DNA from: the human T2T-CHM13v2.0 reference genome, Homo sapiens
Length of the DNA stretch: 64,000 bases
Reading direction: 5' to 3' (one strand)
Assembly: GCF_009914755.1 (NCBI RefSeq)
Contig: NC_060925.1
In this document: positions 1 through 12,724 of the stretch, piece by piece
Layout: every line of letters begins with the position of its first letter
How positions within the stretch are numbered: the stretch's first letter is position 1
Translations under genes and position numbers: made by a program
The notes under the pieces: generated by a model
What the model saw: only the letters and a program-made list of their open reading frames with translations
The model's database searches: none
What the model was told of the DNA's origin: nothing

Positions 1-324
1 AAAAAATAATCCTCCTGGCTCCGTTCCTTTCTCCCAGTCTAAGTAGCCTTGATTTTAATGGCAGCATTTGGGACAGGGAGCTACAGCCCTAAAGATGCTG
101 AAAAACTTGCAGCCCCTGCTATGGCCTTGCCCCCTACGCCATCTCCATTGGCTGATCCGTCAGGTGGAAGCAGAGGCTTGTGACAACCCTAGCTACTTGA
201 AGTGTGGCAAGGCTTGTGGCTGAGGGTAGGAGGAGTGTGGGGGATAGGAATATATTCCAGGGGGGAAGGAGTTTAAATCCTACAGTGGCCTAAGTAGTAG
301 ATCCTCACAGTGATGTGGCTCAGT

Positions 325-520
325 TTGCGAGCTCTGAAATTAGACTGTCTTGGTTCCAATCCCAGCTCTTACTATCTGACTCGTGGCCCATTTCTTAATC
401 TCTTTGGGTCTCAGTTTCCTCATCTAGAAAATGAGAATAATAATAGTACATACCTCTCAGAGTTATTGTGATGCTTAAGGAAAATAATCTCTAATAAATT
501 ACTTAGTGAGTGTCTACCCA
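325..520 (+). mobile_element. MIR SINE
   Basis: MIR core tctcagtttcctcatctagaaaatgagaataataatagtac. Confidence 0.75.
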
Positions 521-1047
521 TCACGAGTCCTCATCATATTGGAGTCACTTTTATCATTCTCGAGAGCAGGGTGGAATCTTGGCATTTGCTGCACTGAGGG
601 TCGGGCCTAACTGGCACATGGGAGGAGCTCGACATGAGTTTATAGGACGATGAATAAGGGTCACCCTCATGGAGCACCCCTCCTTCTTCAGCCAGATCCC
701 CTTCCTGAATTCTTTGCTCCCGATGTGAGCTGGACTCTGCATGCTGCTCTCTCCCGCCCACCTCAGGAACTGGAGAGCAGCCTTAAAAACCCTCTTTGTG
801 CAGTGATTGTGACCAGGGCCAAGGACAGGGGAACAAGAGCCTGACTGGAAACAATATCTCCATTTCCAGGGAAACTAGCCGGACGTTCCTGCCTGCTGTT
901 CTCCTAGGTCAGGTTCCACAGACACTTCAAAGCCTGCAGGAGCCAAAGAATAACGTGGATGGGCCGGCGGCCGCCCAGCGGATGCTCTGGTTGTAATAAA
1001 ACAGGGCTCCCAACAGGACTCCTTTGATGACTCCAAATGTTGCTTTA

Positions 1048-1281
<234 letters not shown>

Positions 1282-1941
1282 CTATAGGGAGACGGGCAGA
1301 GGCATGGGGCTCATGTGGCTCTCTATCACAGGGGTCAGGGATGCAGACAAACCCTGCATGCTGCTCAGATTATTATGACGCTCTTTCCCTGAATCCCAGT
1401 CACTAATGCCAAGAGAATCCCACCCAAGCCTCCTAGCTTGGCATTCAGTGCCCTGCATAATCGGATGCAAACTGACTCCTCCAGCTTTCTCCTCCACTGC
1501 TCTCCCGTGGAAAGCTTTGAATCTACCTTTCTCCAAACACATCTTCTTAAGCCCCTCTCTGTCTTTGTTGAGTTCCTATCTCATAAGGAATGCAACCGTC
1601 TCCCTACAACCTCCATCCTTTTAACCCACCCGTATTCTTCTAGCCCAGCTCAGCTCTACTTTCCCCAGGAGTCCTCTCCCACAACCCTGCAGATCTGCCT
1701 CAAACTGTCCATCCCCTGGTGTTGCCACTTTCTGTCTTGCACTGGCACTTTCCAGGATCTGCTGTGCCTCTTTTCACGTGTCTCCCTAAAAAGTCCATGT
1801 GTCTCCAGAGGCAGAGCTAATGCCCTCTTACTACTCTTGTAAGGCCGAGAGTCTCATCGAGCAGTCACCTGGCCAACCCCTGCGGTGGCCCTCTATTTCC
1901 GCACGAGCCTTACTTTAGCCAATGGTCCACTAGGGAGAAGT

Positions 1942-2007
1942 GCCCACAGCTTTCCGGACACAGACCTCATCAGCCCACAGCTTTCCGGGCACAGATCTCA
2001 TCAGCCC
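1942..2007. repeat. 31-bp tandem duplication (2 copies plus 4 bp)
   Basis: gcccacagctttccgg(a/g)cacaga(c/t)ctcatca repeated at 1942 and 1973, 2 mismatches. Confidence 0.9.
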
Positions 2008-2777
2008 TATCGTTAAAGTCCTCTAGCTGTGGCCAGGAGTCTATGACTTTCTCTCTTGTGCTGATCCCACAGAAGACATTTAGCCCCTTCACACTTCAGA
2101 AATAACACCCCTGGGTGGCCAGTCCTGGCACCCTGTGATGGAGACCTCGGGGCATCTTCCCGACCCCCCACTCTTCAGCTCTGAAGGGCATGTCACTGTC
2201 AGCCTTCTGCTCCCGCCCTCCCCTGCCCACTGCCTCCCTTTGTTGTGTCCCTTTTCTTTCTCATCCTGCCTTCCCCTTGCGCTTGGCGGCCTTCCACCGA
2301 TTACAAATTCTATCTATCAAGCGCCTGTGACCTGGGAATCTGACAGCTCCCTGATAAGAGGCCCAGATTCCCTTTATCTCTCCCAGGCGAATTAGCTTCC
2401 CTCAACACCTTTGTCACATCCTCCCCTCCCTCATCTCCAGCTGACCCCCCACAGTCAGAGACAGGGAGCTGGCAGATAAAAAGATCTTCTTGGGGTTAGT
2501 ATTATAATTAAACACCTCATGCTCTCTGTCTGCCATTCTGGATTGGTTTAACCCTTGCTGCTCCTGAAATTCACTGCTTCCTCCTACCCCTCCCCTCCCA
2601 CCTCCCCTCCTCCCATCTCACTTCCTGTCCCTCTCTTCTCCAGCTTTTGCCTGTGGAGCACCCTCCTGGTTATTCACTCCCTGAATGGGGATGTGGAATG
2701 GGGTGTAGGGTGGAGTTGACTCGCTCTGGTTCAAGTTTCACTGAAGACAAAGAGGTGCTCTTTCAACTTCAGAAAGG

Positions 2778-2898
2778 TCCATGATGTGATTATTTGACAT
2801 TGCACGCCTGTATCAAAACATCTCATGTAGCCCATAAATACATACACCTACTGTGTACTCACAAAAATTAAAAATAAAAAAATTTAAAATTTAAAAAA
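2778..2898 (+). mobile_element. Heavily 5'-truncated L1 3' end (L1MA1-3-like) with 15-bp TSD
   Basis: L1MA-type 3'UTR end (cctgtatcaaaacatctcatgt...cacaaaaattaaaaataaaa); TCAACTTCAGAAAGG at 2763-2777 and 2899-2913. Confidence 0.85.
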
Positions 2899-2927
2899 TC
2901 AACTTCAGAAAGGGCACAAAGATCTCA

Positions 2928-3401
<474 letters not shown>

Positions 3402-4206
3402 CTATGTGCCTGGGACAGGCAGGCCCCTCTTGTATCAGGTGAGCTGCCCAAGAGCAGGATATTACCTCATGTAAGGCCCGTGGAATGGGCAGGGAAAATG
3501 GAATCGCTCTTAGCTCCTGGGCTTTGATATTGTCATCCCCGTCCCACAAGTTGTCCTGTATCTGCTGTGTGTGTTACAATTCAGGAATTAATTTTCAAGC
3601 ACAGTGTGGCAAGCTGTGGATTTTATCTCCTGAGACACTGGATAAAAGAGCCTCCACGTGTCCCTGTCCCCAACCTGGCACCCCTACCTCTGGGTTTCAT
3701 CTTGTTCCCCAGCTCCAGATACTCGGCCCCTTGCATTGTCTGATGCCGATGCCTGGGGCATCCGTTATCAGCAGCTTCAGCTTCCCAGCCCCGACTGAGC
3801 TAGGCTTTCCAGAAGGTGGATCAAGCCCTCCCAGCAATACTCTAAACACTTGCTCTGTTTTTTTTTTTTTTAATCTCATTTCATTACCAGGCCCTGCGTG
3901 AATGCCATGTTGCTTTGGAAAACAAAACCAAAAAAGAAAGTCTTGGTAGGGAGGGGCTTTGGGAAGGACCATGAGAGAGAGACAGTGAGAAAGACAGATT
4001 GATTTATGGAGCTCCATGACTAGATGCTGATTTTCCACCAGAGGTCAAAGGGCCACCCCACTGTGCCAATCTCCTCTTTCTCCTTCTCTCCTCGGGCAGA
4101 TGAGCCTGGTAGCCCCTGGCAGTGATGATGTGGGAACCACCTCCACAGGGAATCACTAGGGGAATTCTCATAGGAGGCTCCCCTTTCTCTGTCCCCTTCT
4201 CCTGGG

Positions 4207-4390
4207 CAGTGGTTCTTAGGGGGAACTTCTGGGAATGTCTGGGGGCTGATGCTGCTACAGGGCCTGCAGAGGGTGTTACTGGCATTGATGCCAGGGGCCA
4301 GGATTGCTGGATTTCCTACAAGGTGTAGGACATGTTCAATGACAAAAATATTGTCCTCCTAATGGCAAATGCAATAATTAAGAAGCCTTG
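4207..4390. mobile_element. Diverged MER20-like hAT-Charlie element
   Basis: cagtggttct start; ...tactggcatt...ggccaggattgctg...cctacaa...aggaca similar to MER20. Confidence 0.55.
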
Positions 4391-4539
4391 TGCAATGCCG
4401 GCACAGCCTCACACAGGGAATCTCCTGTGGCCACCTCTTGTCATGGTGTGGCTCGGGCTGTTGCCTCTTTTCTCTGGGCCCCACTTGCAAGCCGTTCAGC
4501 ATCTGGCCCTTGCCTACCTCCCTCTGAACTCTGTGGTTC

Positions 4540-5030
4540 TTGCACATAATAGTCCAGCCATACTGAATGTATGGTTAACTCTGAGATGCCCTCTCCCTTA
4601 CAGGATCTGCCTCTGGCCCTTTGAACATGCTTTTCCGTCTATTAGAAACACACACTCCTGCCTGTCTTCCTCCTGCTGCTGCCCTGCTTCAGCCCCTCTT
4701 TTAGTTGATTACCTCTTCTTTTACTTTTTTGGTTTTTTTAAATCATCACCTTCTCTGAGAATTAATAATTGATTACCTCTTAATCAGCCTTCAAACTCAG
4801 CCCAGTTTCTTCTCTGCAAGGCCGTCCCTGCCCCTGCCCCTGCACTGGCTTCAGGATGAGTTATGAATATTCACCCATGATTGCTTTTGACACACAGAAT
4901 TACAATTTCTTGATTTGCTTTCCTCACTGGGCTGTGAGCTTCTTGAGGATTAGGCTGCATCTTACTCACCTCCATCTCCCCAGTCTTTCTGCCAGTGCTT
5001 GACATGTAACGGACATGTCAAGCATGTCAT
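4540..5030 (+). mobile_element. L2 3' fragments
   Basis: ctttgaacatgc... and actgggctgtgagcttcttgagga...ccagtgcttgacatgta typical of L2 ends. Confidence 0.5.
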
Positions 5031-5710
5031 TGCTTGTGGGAGGGTAAATAGAAAATAAAATAAAGCAACCTGTGAAAAAATCTTTTTTTTTTTAGCTCCA
5101 ACTTTGTAGATTCTTTAGAGATGAGGTAAAGCCTGCCTTCTGGGCTTGAAGAGACTTGAGAAGGCATTTGGTTCTCAAAAGCTGGAGTTGGAAATAGTCA
5201 TGGGTTTTGGAGTCACATGATTTCTAAAGTGGCATGTCCACATTTACTAAGGATAATTTACTACTGACAATTTCTGAAGAGCCAGATCTGGGGGAAATTC
5301 TGCACAGAAACCCACCTAAGAGGGTCTGGACACACCGGCAGGCTCACCAGTGTCATCCCTTGTCAGCTGGCCACCTGCATGTGAGGACTCCAGGCAGGCA
5401 CGGCATCCACGAGAGAGAATCACAAGGCAACCCCAGAACAGATGGGTCCCTGTTTAGGAGCCAGTCACTCAAGCTGCCAACTCATAAACTTGCTCTTTAC
5501 TGCACTTTCACTTTCATTCCCTGCAGGCACTCTTGACAGACTCTTTCATATATTTATAGCCAAAAAAAAAAAAAAAAAAGATGAGCACCACTTTAGGGAA
5601 GCCCAGGCATCTCATAGAAAAGGAGATAACACTTCCTGTTAGCAGCTAAAATATCTGCATCAAATCTAATGTTAGAATTTAAGTTAGAAATAAGGCTGGG
5701 GTATAATGGT

Positions 5711-5718
5711 CTCTCTCG

Positions 5719-5798
<80 letters not shown>

Positions 5799-5822
5799 GA
5801 GACAGAGAGAAAGAGAGAGAGA
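5711..5822. repeat. Compound microsatellite (CT)n(GT)n(GA)n(CAGA)n
   Basis: Seen directly. Confidence 0.95.
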
Positions 5823-8290
5823 TTTTCTTACTCCGAACCAGCTGATGAATTGTAAATGACGAGCAGTTGTTTTTCATCTCTAATGAACTTAGACAACAAA
5901 TTCAAATTTCAGTAGCAGGATCTTAAAGATGTGCTTTTGGAAGTATGATGTCTGGGGTTAGTAAAAAAAGATTGTTGAATCCTTTTAATGTGGACCAAAA
6001 AAAGTATACTTTTATATAGATGTTATGTGTAATACCTATATATAACACATATGTTATCTATATGTAACACACACACACACTTTCATCTTTTAGGCTGGGC
6101 TAAGTCCAGTCCAGCCTGGAGGTTGGAGAATCATGAGTAGACTTTATGAGTACTATTACATGAGTTTTTTTTTTTTTTAAGGGATTCTAGAATTTTAGGA
6201 AATTTCCCATGGTCTGCTATTTCAGACTTTTTAGAATCAAATGTAAGGGTAACAATTAGGGTCTTCCCAAATGCTGAACCAGGCCCCAAGATTGCCCTAG
6301 TAGAAAAAGAATGTCTTATGCTTTGTTTCTTTATTTGGCAATTGCTCTCAGGTCAGACAGAATAGGATTTTTTCCCTTCTATTCTCTAAGGCAAAGGAAA
6401 GAAGCGGTTGGTGCCCCAGGTATGCTTTCTTCATCTTGGGAAATGGGAAGATACAGGCCTTTTGGGTTATGAGATGATTCTGGTGAGTATATTCATGAAG
6501 GATCTGTGAATCTTGGGTGGAAATTGCAGTGGTAAGGGCTGAAAGTGGGTGGAGGAGACTGGACCCCAAACAATTGCCAAGTTGTTGAAACTTCAATATC
6601 TGTGGGGCTTGAGGATGGTGAAGGGTTTAATCAGATACAATAAGGCCACTTCCAACCTGTTTGCTTCTGTGGGTATACACACACACACAAGCACACACAT
6701 GTGTACATACACATACAGTACCTGTCTTATGAAAAAGAAAGCAAATCATCCTAAGATGCTTTTCCTGCAGAATGTTAAGACTGTTGTTCACATTCTTAAA
6801 ATACTGATTGCTACCGCGGATCCTCACAGCCTTCTGAGTGATCTCTTTGGGTCATCTTCTTTCTCCTCTGTCTCTAGGCCAACTGGAGCCAGGATCACCT
6901 TCTCAGCAGCAATCTTAGTTTAAACCAAGACTTAAACTTGTAGGAATACCCCAGGGGTGGCGGTAGGCTGGGGAAGAGGAAACACAGCTGCAGGGAGAGC
7001 AGGGACCTGGTTTAGGAGCCCTATGAGTCTTGGGCTCACATTGCCCACCTGTTCAGCTGTGCTCTGCCAGCGTTCTGTGCTGGGGACCCTTTAGCCCTCT
7101 GAAGCGACTTCTCCCATGTGGAAATGGCATTATCTTCACCCACTGGACTTCAAAGAGAGAGCAGCCAGCATCCTGGGAAGCTAATCGGATTTATTTGGTT
7201 CTATCTTTCCCCTGGGACAGGGCATAAAGGAGATATTTATGTATCTACATCTCACTAGGCCTGGCTTAGCCATGGAGGGAGATGAGCTTTAAAAGCTGAA
7301 AGCCATACATCCTCCCGTGCACACCCGCTTGCTAACACCATGTCACAGCCTGATCTGGCTCAGGGAGGAAGAGATTTGGGGGGCCCCCATCAGAGATCTG
7401 CTGTGCTCTGAGTGCTGGAAAGGTCTGACTCATTACCTTAAGAGAGCTTGACAAATGGTTTAATTGAAAGTCAGTTTCCTCCTCTATAAAATGGTGCCAA
7501 TAATATCTGACAAACCTAGATTGCATGAAAGAGGAAAATCAATGTGTGTTGTAAGTGGTAATATGCTGGATTGACAATTGTTAATATTACCGCCTATTTG
7601 TGGTGTGTGTGCGTGTGAGTGTGACTGCAGAATCAGTGGACTTTCACTTATTCAAGGTCAGCTTGAAAAATTGTCTCTGAATCCTAATTTCTGCATTTAT
7701 TTGATGATCATAGGAAAGCTGTTTAACTTATTTAAGCCTCAGTCTATTCATCTATAATATAATCCACTTCATAGAGTACTTAAGGTTAAATTACATATAT
7801 GCTGCATATATAATAAGTACTAATATTTTTATTTTTGAATTGCATTCGTTCTAGCACAGCTGTTCTTCATTGTCAAGCCTAAGCATGGAATTGGTCCATC
7901 TGCCTTCTGGAAAGATGTGGGCAGATTTACCTCATATGCTGGCTGTCTTTTTATCTGGAAATGGCACCACTGACCCATCTTCTATGGGCAGTTTCTCCAT
8001 CTGTGGAGATGGATTTGTGCTGGCCCATCCATAGCCTGAATCCTCATGACCAATAGCAAAGGACCAGGTTGAAGTCAGGCCAGCAAGTGTGGCTGTGACC
8101 ATGGAAACAAAGCTCATGGGCCCTGATTTTCTGTAGAAAACATACTGTACTCAGCTTTTTTGGATGCCTGAGTTCTCTGTAGCCTTGGGCAAAAACCCGA
8201 AATTTTTAGCATTCTGGTTACTACAGATGTCAAATATAAATTATATGAAATTGCAGGGCTGTTGCAAGAATCCATTGAAATGCCAAATGT

Positions 8291-8404
8291 CAGTGGTTCT
8301 CAATCTTTAGCCTCATCTGGGATGGGGCCCAAGAATTTGAATTTCTATAAGTTCCCAGGTGATGCTGATGCTGCCGGTCCCTGGGCACACTTTGAGAACT
8401 CCTG
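8291..8404. mobile_element. MER5A (internally deleted)
   Basis: TIRs cagtggttctcaa...ttgagaactcctg; aagttcccaggtgatgctgatgctgccggtcc. Confidence 0.75.
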
Positions 8405-10209
8405 GCACATGTGAAGAAATTATAAATGTGTGATATATTAATGTTGCTATATTAATCAATGGAGCTAATCAGTTATATATTGTTTCTAGGAAGCAGACAG
8501 ACATAAAATTTTGATTCAAAGTTGGGAAGGGAGGCTTACTGGAATTCTAAAAGAGATATTCTAGGAACCCCTAAAGAGATAGCTAAGGGATTTCCAGTTA
8601 GCTGGAAATCCAGGGGATTCTAGTTCCCCAAACTACATGAAACTATCAGCTGGGACGCCTGAGAGAGTAAGGGAAACCTTACCCAAGTTGGGCATGTGCA
8701 TCTTTGCTGTTCCTCAAATTTTCAGGGATGGGGTTCTCCTAAAGCAGAACTTTGGACAGAAAAGAGGGGGGCCTGGCTGCTGTTTGCTGAAAAGGAACAT
8801 GTGGCCAGCTGTGGTTAAGAGCCAAAGCAGTATTTTAGGAAGCCCCGGAAGTGGCCCTGGCAACCTCGCTGGGAATCTGCACCCTGTTTCCTTTCCTGAG
8901 CAAAGTTGGGAGCTGGATGGAGTCTGGGCTTCCCTCACAGTCCTCCGGACAGCCAATCCCTGGGGCCATGCCAGGGACCAATGCACACGAGCATAAGAGA
9001 GCAGCCGTACACCATTCCTACTCAGGGCAATGGGGAGATGAAGGGAGACAAAGGGGACTGCTCTTCTCTAACCCTAAGCCACAGACATCAAGGACAGAAA
9101 ATGAAACAAAAAGGAGGTGGGGAGTCTCTGAGTTTGCCCCTAGGTCCCTTTTGGTATTAATTTAATCCCGAGTTGCAGGGAGGCAACAGCTTCTCTTGGC
9201 CCAGCTCCGGAATGTTGAATCTCTCATCCATGGCTGAGAGGGAGCTGTATTTCAGTGACTTCCGAATGGTGTGAGGAAGGCCGGGCCTGCTTCCAATTAG
9301 CCTGCAGGGGCTCAGCTCTCTGGCCTCCACACACACCCCAGCAGAGTTTATTTATCTTGCTTTGAGTGACACTCGCATGCCCTTGCTTCAGCTGCAGGTC
9401 GCTTTCAGGCTTGGCTTTGGGTTTCTCTTGGCCTGAGGTGGGTAGCCTCAGGAGAAAGTGGAGCAGCTGCTCTTTGTTGTCTAGATTTGTACTTCATCCA
9501 ATCTCTCTGTGTCCTGGGGGCCACCTCAATCTATTTTATTAAGGAACTTTCAAAGTGGCCCATGTCAAGGTTAGTTTCTGAGACTGTGTCTCATACTCTC
9601 TCACTGCTCAGTCTTCACCCCTGCCCAGGCCTCCCATGGTGGCTCTGCTGTTCCTGGCTAGGTCTGCCCCTCTAAGCGATTCTTTCATTGGCTCCAAGCT
9701 GTGGTGCCCACTCCCACCTCTCCCTGCAGCTCTGTGTGAAAGGACTGCCCCCAGAGCAGTTTCATACTGTTGCAGAATTCCAGGGCTGGAGTTAATCTCC
9801 AGTGTCCAGGAAGGCTGGTGTAGGGTTTTTAGGCCAGCTGCATCAAAGCATACCAACTGGCTAGAGGAAAATGCTTTTCTGAAAGGTTCTCAGGGCACTA
9901 GATGCCTGGTTTCGTCATGCTGAGGCACCCGTAGATGGGTCTGTTTGAAAAGCCACCTGTGGCATCTATGTTTCTCCCTTTCAAGACAGGCAAATTCCAT
10001 TTTTCTGACTGAACATAACACCTGTTGTTTCATAAACTAAGAAGAGTTCAAAGGGGTATGTGTTTGAGAAACCTTTCAGAGTCTATTTTCTTATGTTTAG
10101 CCATGGAAGCAACCAGCACTACTATCAAGATTAGAAGACACAAGACTCCATTACTTGAAATCTTAGACAAGTTGACACAATTGCCATCAATGGGATTTAA
10201 ATAGAAAGG

Positions 10210-10325
10210 TCATTCGTTCATCCATTCTTTCATGCATGCATTCTACAAACATTTGCTAAATAAGACATTGAAGATTTAAAGATAAGATGTAGTCCTTGCC
10301 TTCAAGGAGCTTGTAGTCTAGCGCA
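10210..10325 (-). mobile_element. L2 3' fragment
   Basis: cattc repeats, aaacattt..., gtccttgccttcaaggagcttgtagtcta. Confidence 0.6.
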
Positions 10326-10356
10326 AGAGGAAGATGTGTATAGAAAGGCTATAGTA

Positions 10357-10769
<413 letters not shown>

Positions 10770-11413
10770 CTATAGTTGTTCAAATCCAACTGGCCATGCT
10801 GGGGTATGAAAAGCTTTCGACACAAGAAAGGGAGACTGAGCAAGCAGGCTTCACTGTCCTGAGACATGCTATGAATATATAAGAAAGTAGACTTCAGTGA
10901 ATAACCATTGAATGGAATACCCATTAGAAAGATAAGCAATTTGATATTTCACTGTGTTAATAACAAAGGTGGGTCAGGCTTTAGGGATGGAGTTTCGACT
11001 GTATAATAAAACAGGACTTTTAGCAATGCCTGGTTCTTTTCACTAGCTGATTTTTTCTCACTTTCTACAAGGCCACCCACCCAGTTATACATCAGAGTCA
11101 AAGAATCATTGAATTTTAGAGTTGGAAGAGAAGTTGGCATGAAAGAATGGTTGCGAGTGAAAGTTCTATTGAACTAGACTATGTCTGCAGCCAAGCAAAG
11201 GGCTAGACTCAAAGAATAAATGCCATTCACTACACTCTTCTAGACCAGGGAGTCTGTTTGGTTGAATATGTTTCCTCTAAGCTTTCAGTCTCAACCCCCA
11301 GTTACCTTCAAGCTTTTGAATGCATAGAGTCTTAGGAGTCTAGTAGACATAGCCTCTGCCTCTGGGGTCATTTGCTGCTACTTTTTTGAGCTTTATAATA
11401 ACAGGGCTTTCTA

Positions 11414-11743
<330 letters not shown>

Positions 11744-11896
11744 TTAACCTGTGTTTAAATCCTAGTCTCATTCTCAGGAGGGAAGACTGGTGGGCCATCC
11801 TCTAGCACCAAGAATTGTGGATTCTCCATCCATGATATTCATGGGAACAGAAAATTGGAAAGAAAATGAGACCAGATAAGAGTATAACTTACAAAG

Positions 11897-12087
11897 CAGG
11901 GGTGTGCTTCTATAAGCTCATGAGAACTGATTATTCACATTTTCAGGAATTTTGCAAGCTGATAGACATCATGGTGGTAGTTTGAAATCGGCCATGGTGG
12001 AAATAGTTGCGCCACAGAATTTGGCAATGCTGCAAACTAGGTTTTCTTCTGAATGCTGGTAGCTAAACAGTTCCCAATATTTCACTG
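11897..12087. mobile_element. MER63-like hAT-Blackjack element
   Basis: ggtagtttgaaatcggccatggtgg core; cagg..gtgtgct and ...ttcactg termini. Confidence 0.65.
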
Positions 12088-12704
12088 CTTGTAAAGACAG
12101 GGTAGCCGGCAGAGTACAGGGACAGGAATTGGGCATATCTGATTATAGACTTGCTTCTGCCACTGCCACTGGGGTCACACTGAGTAAGTCACTTCACCCT
12201 CTGAATTGGAGTATCTTCATCCGCCTGTAATAAAACATTCCTGTCTATGCCACAGGGCTGTTTGGTGTCAAATGAGATAATGCATAGAAAATGGTTTCGA
12301 AAAATGCCATGCTAAATGTGAGTATTATTGTCAAGCACTTAAATTACCTGTTATTTCAACCTCTTAAATAACATTTGAGTGTTAACAATTGGTTCATATC
12401 ATCTGTATTATTGGGCTTGGGGGAGCTAATAGTATTAAGTAGTAACTTTGTCCCACTCCCCCAGGCATGGAACAGTAGGATATGTGTGTGGTATGTGCTT
12501 TTCTTGCCAGGGTGAGCACTTCTTTCCTTCCAATTTCACCTGGAGACTGTGTATATTCTTTTGGCTCTCTGTGTGTGATCAGGTCATTGTAATGGAAATG
12601 GGTTTTGTAGGGGGGATTAGTCTTGCTCCTCCTCGCAGCCCCCTTACTCTATCTAGTCTTTCACAACTAGGCCAACCTGGAATGGACAGGACCAGGTCTG
12701 CAGT

Positions 12705-12724
12705 CTGGCGCCACCTGGTGGGGC
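12705..12724 (-). promoter_or_regulatory. CTCF consensus motif
   Basis: Minus strand GCCCCACCAGGTGGCGCCA matches CCASYAGRKGGCRS perfectly. Confidence 0.6.
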
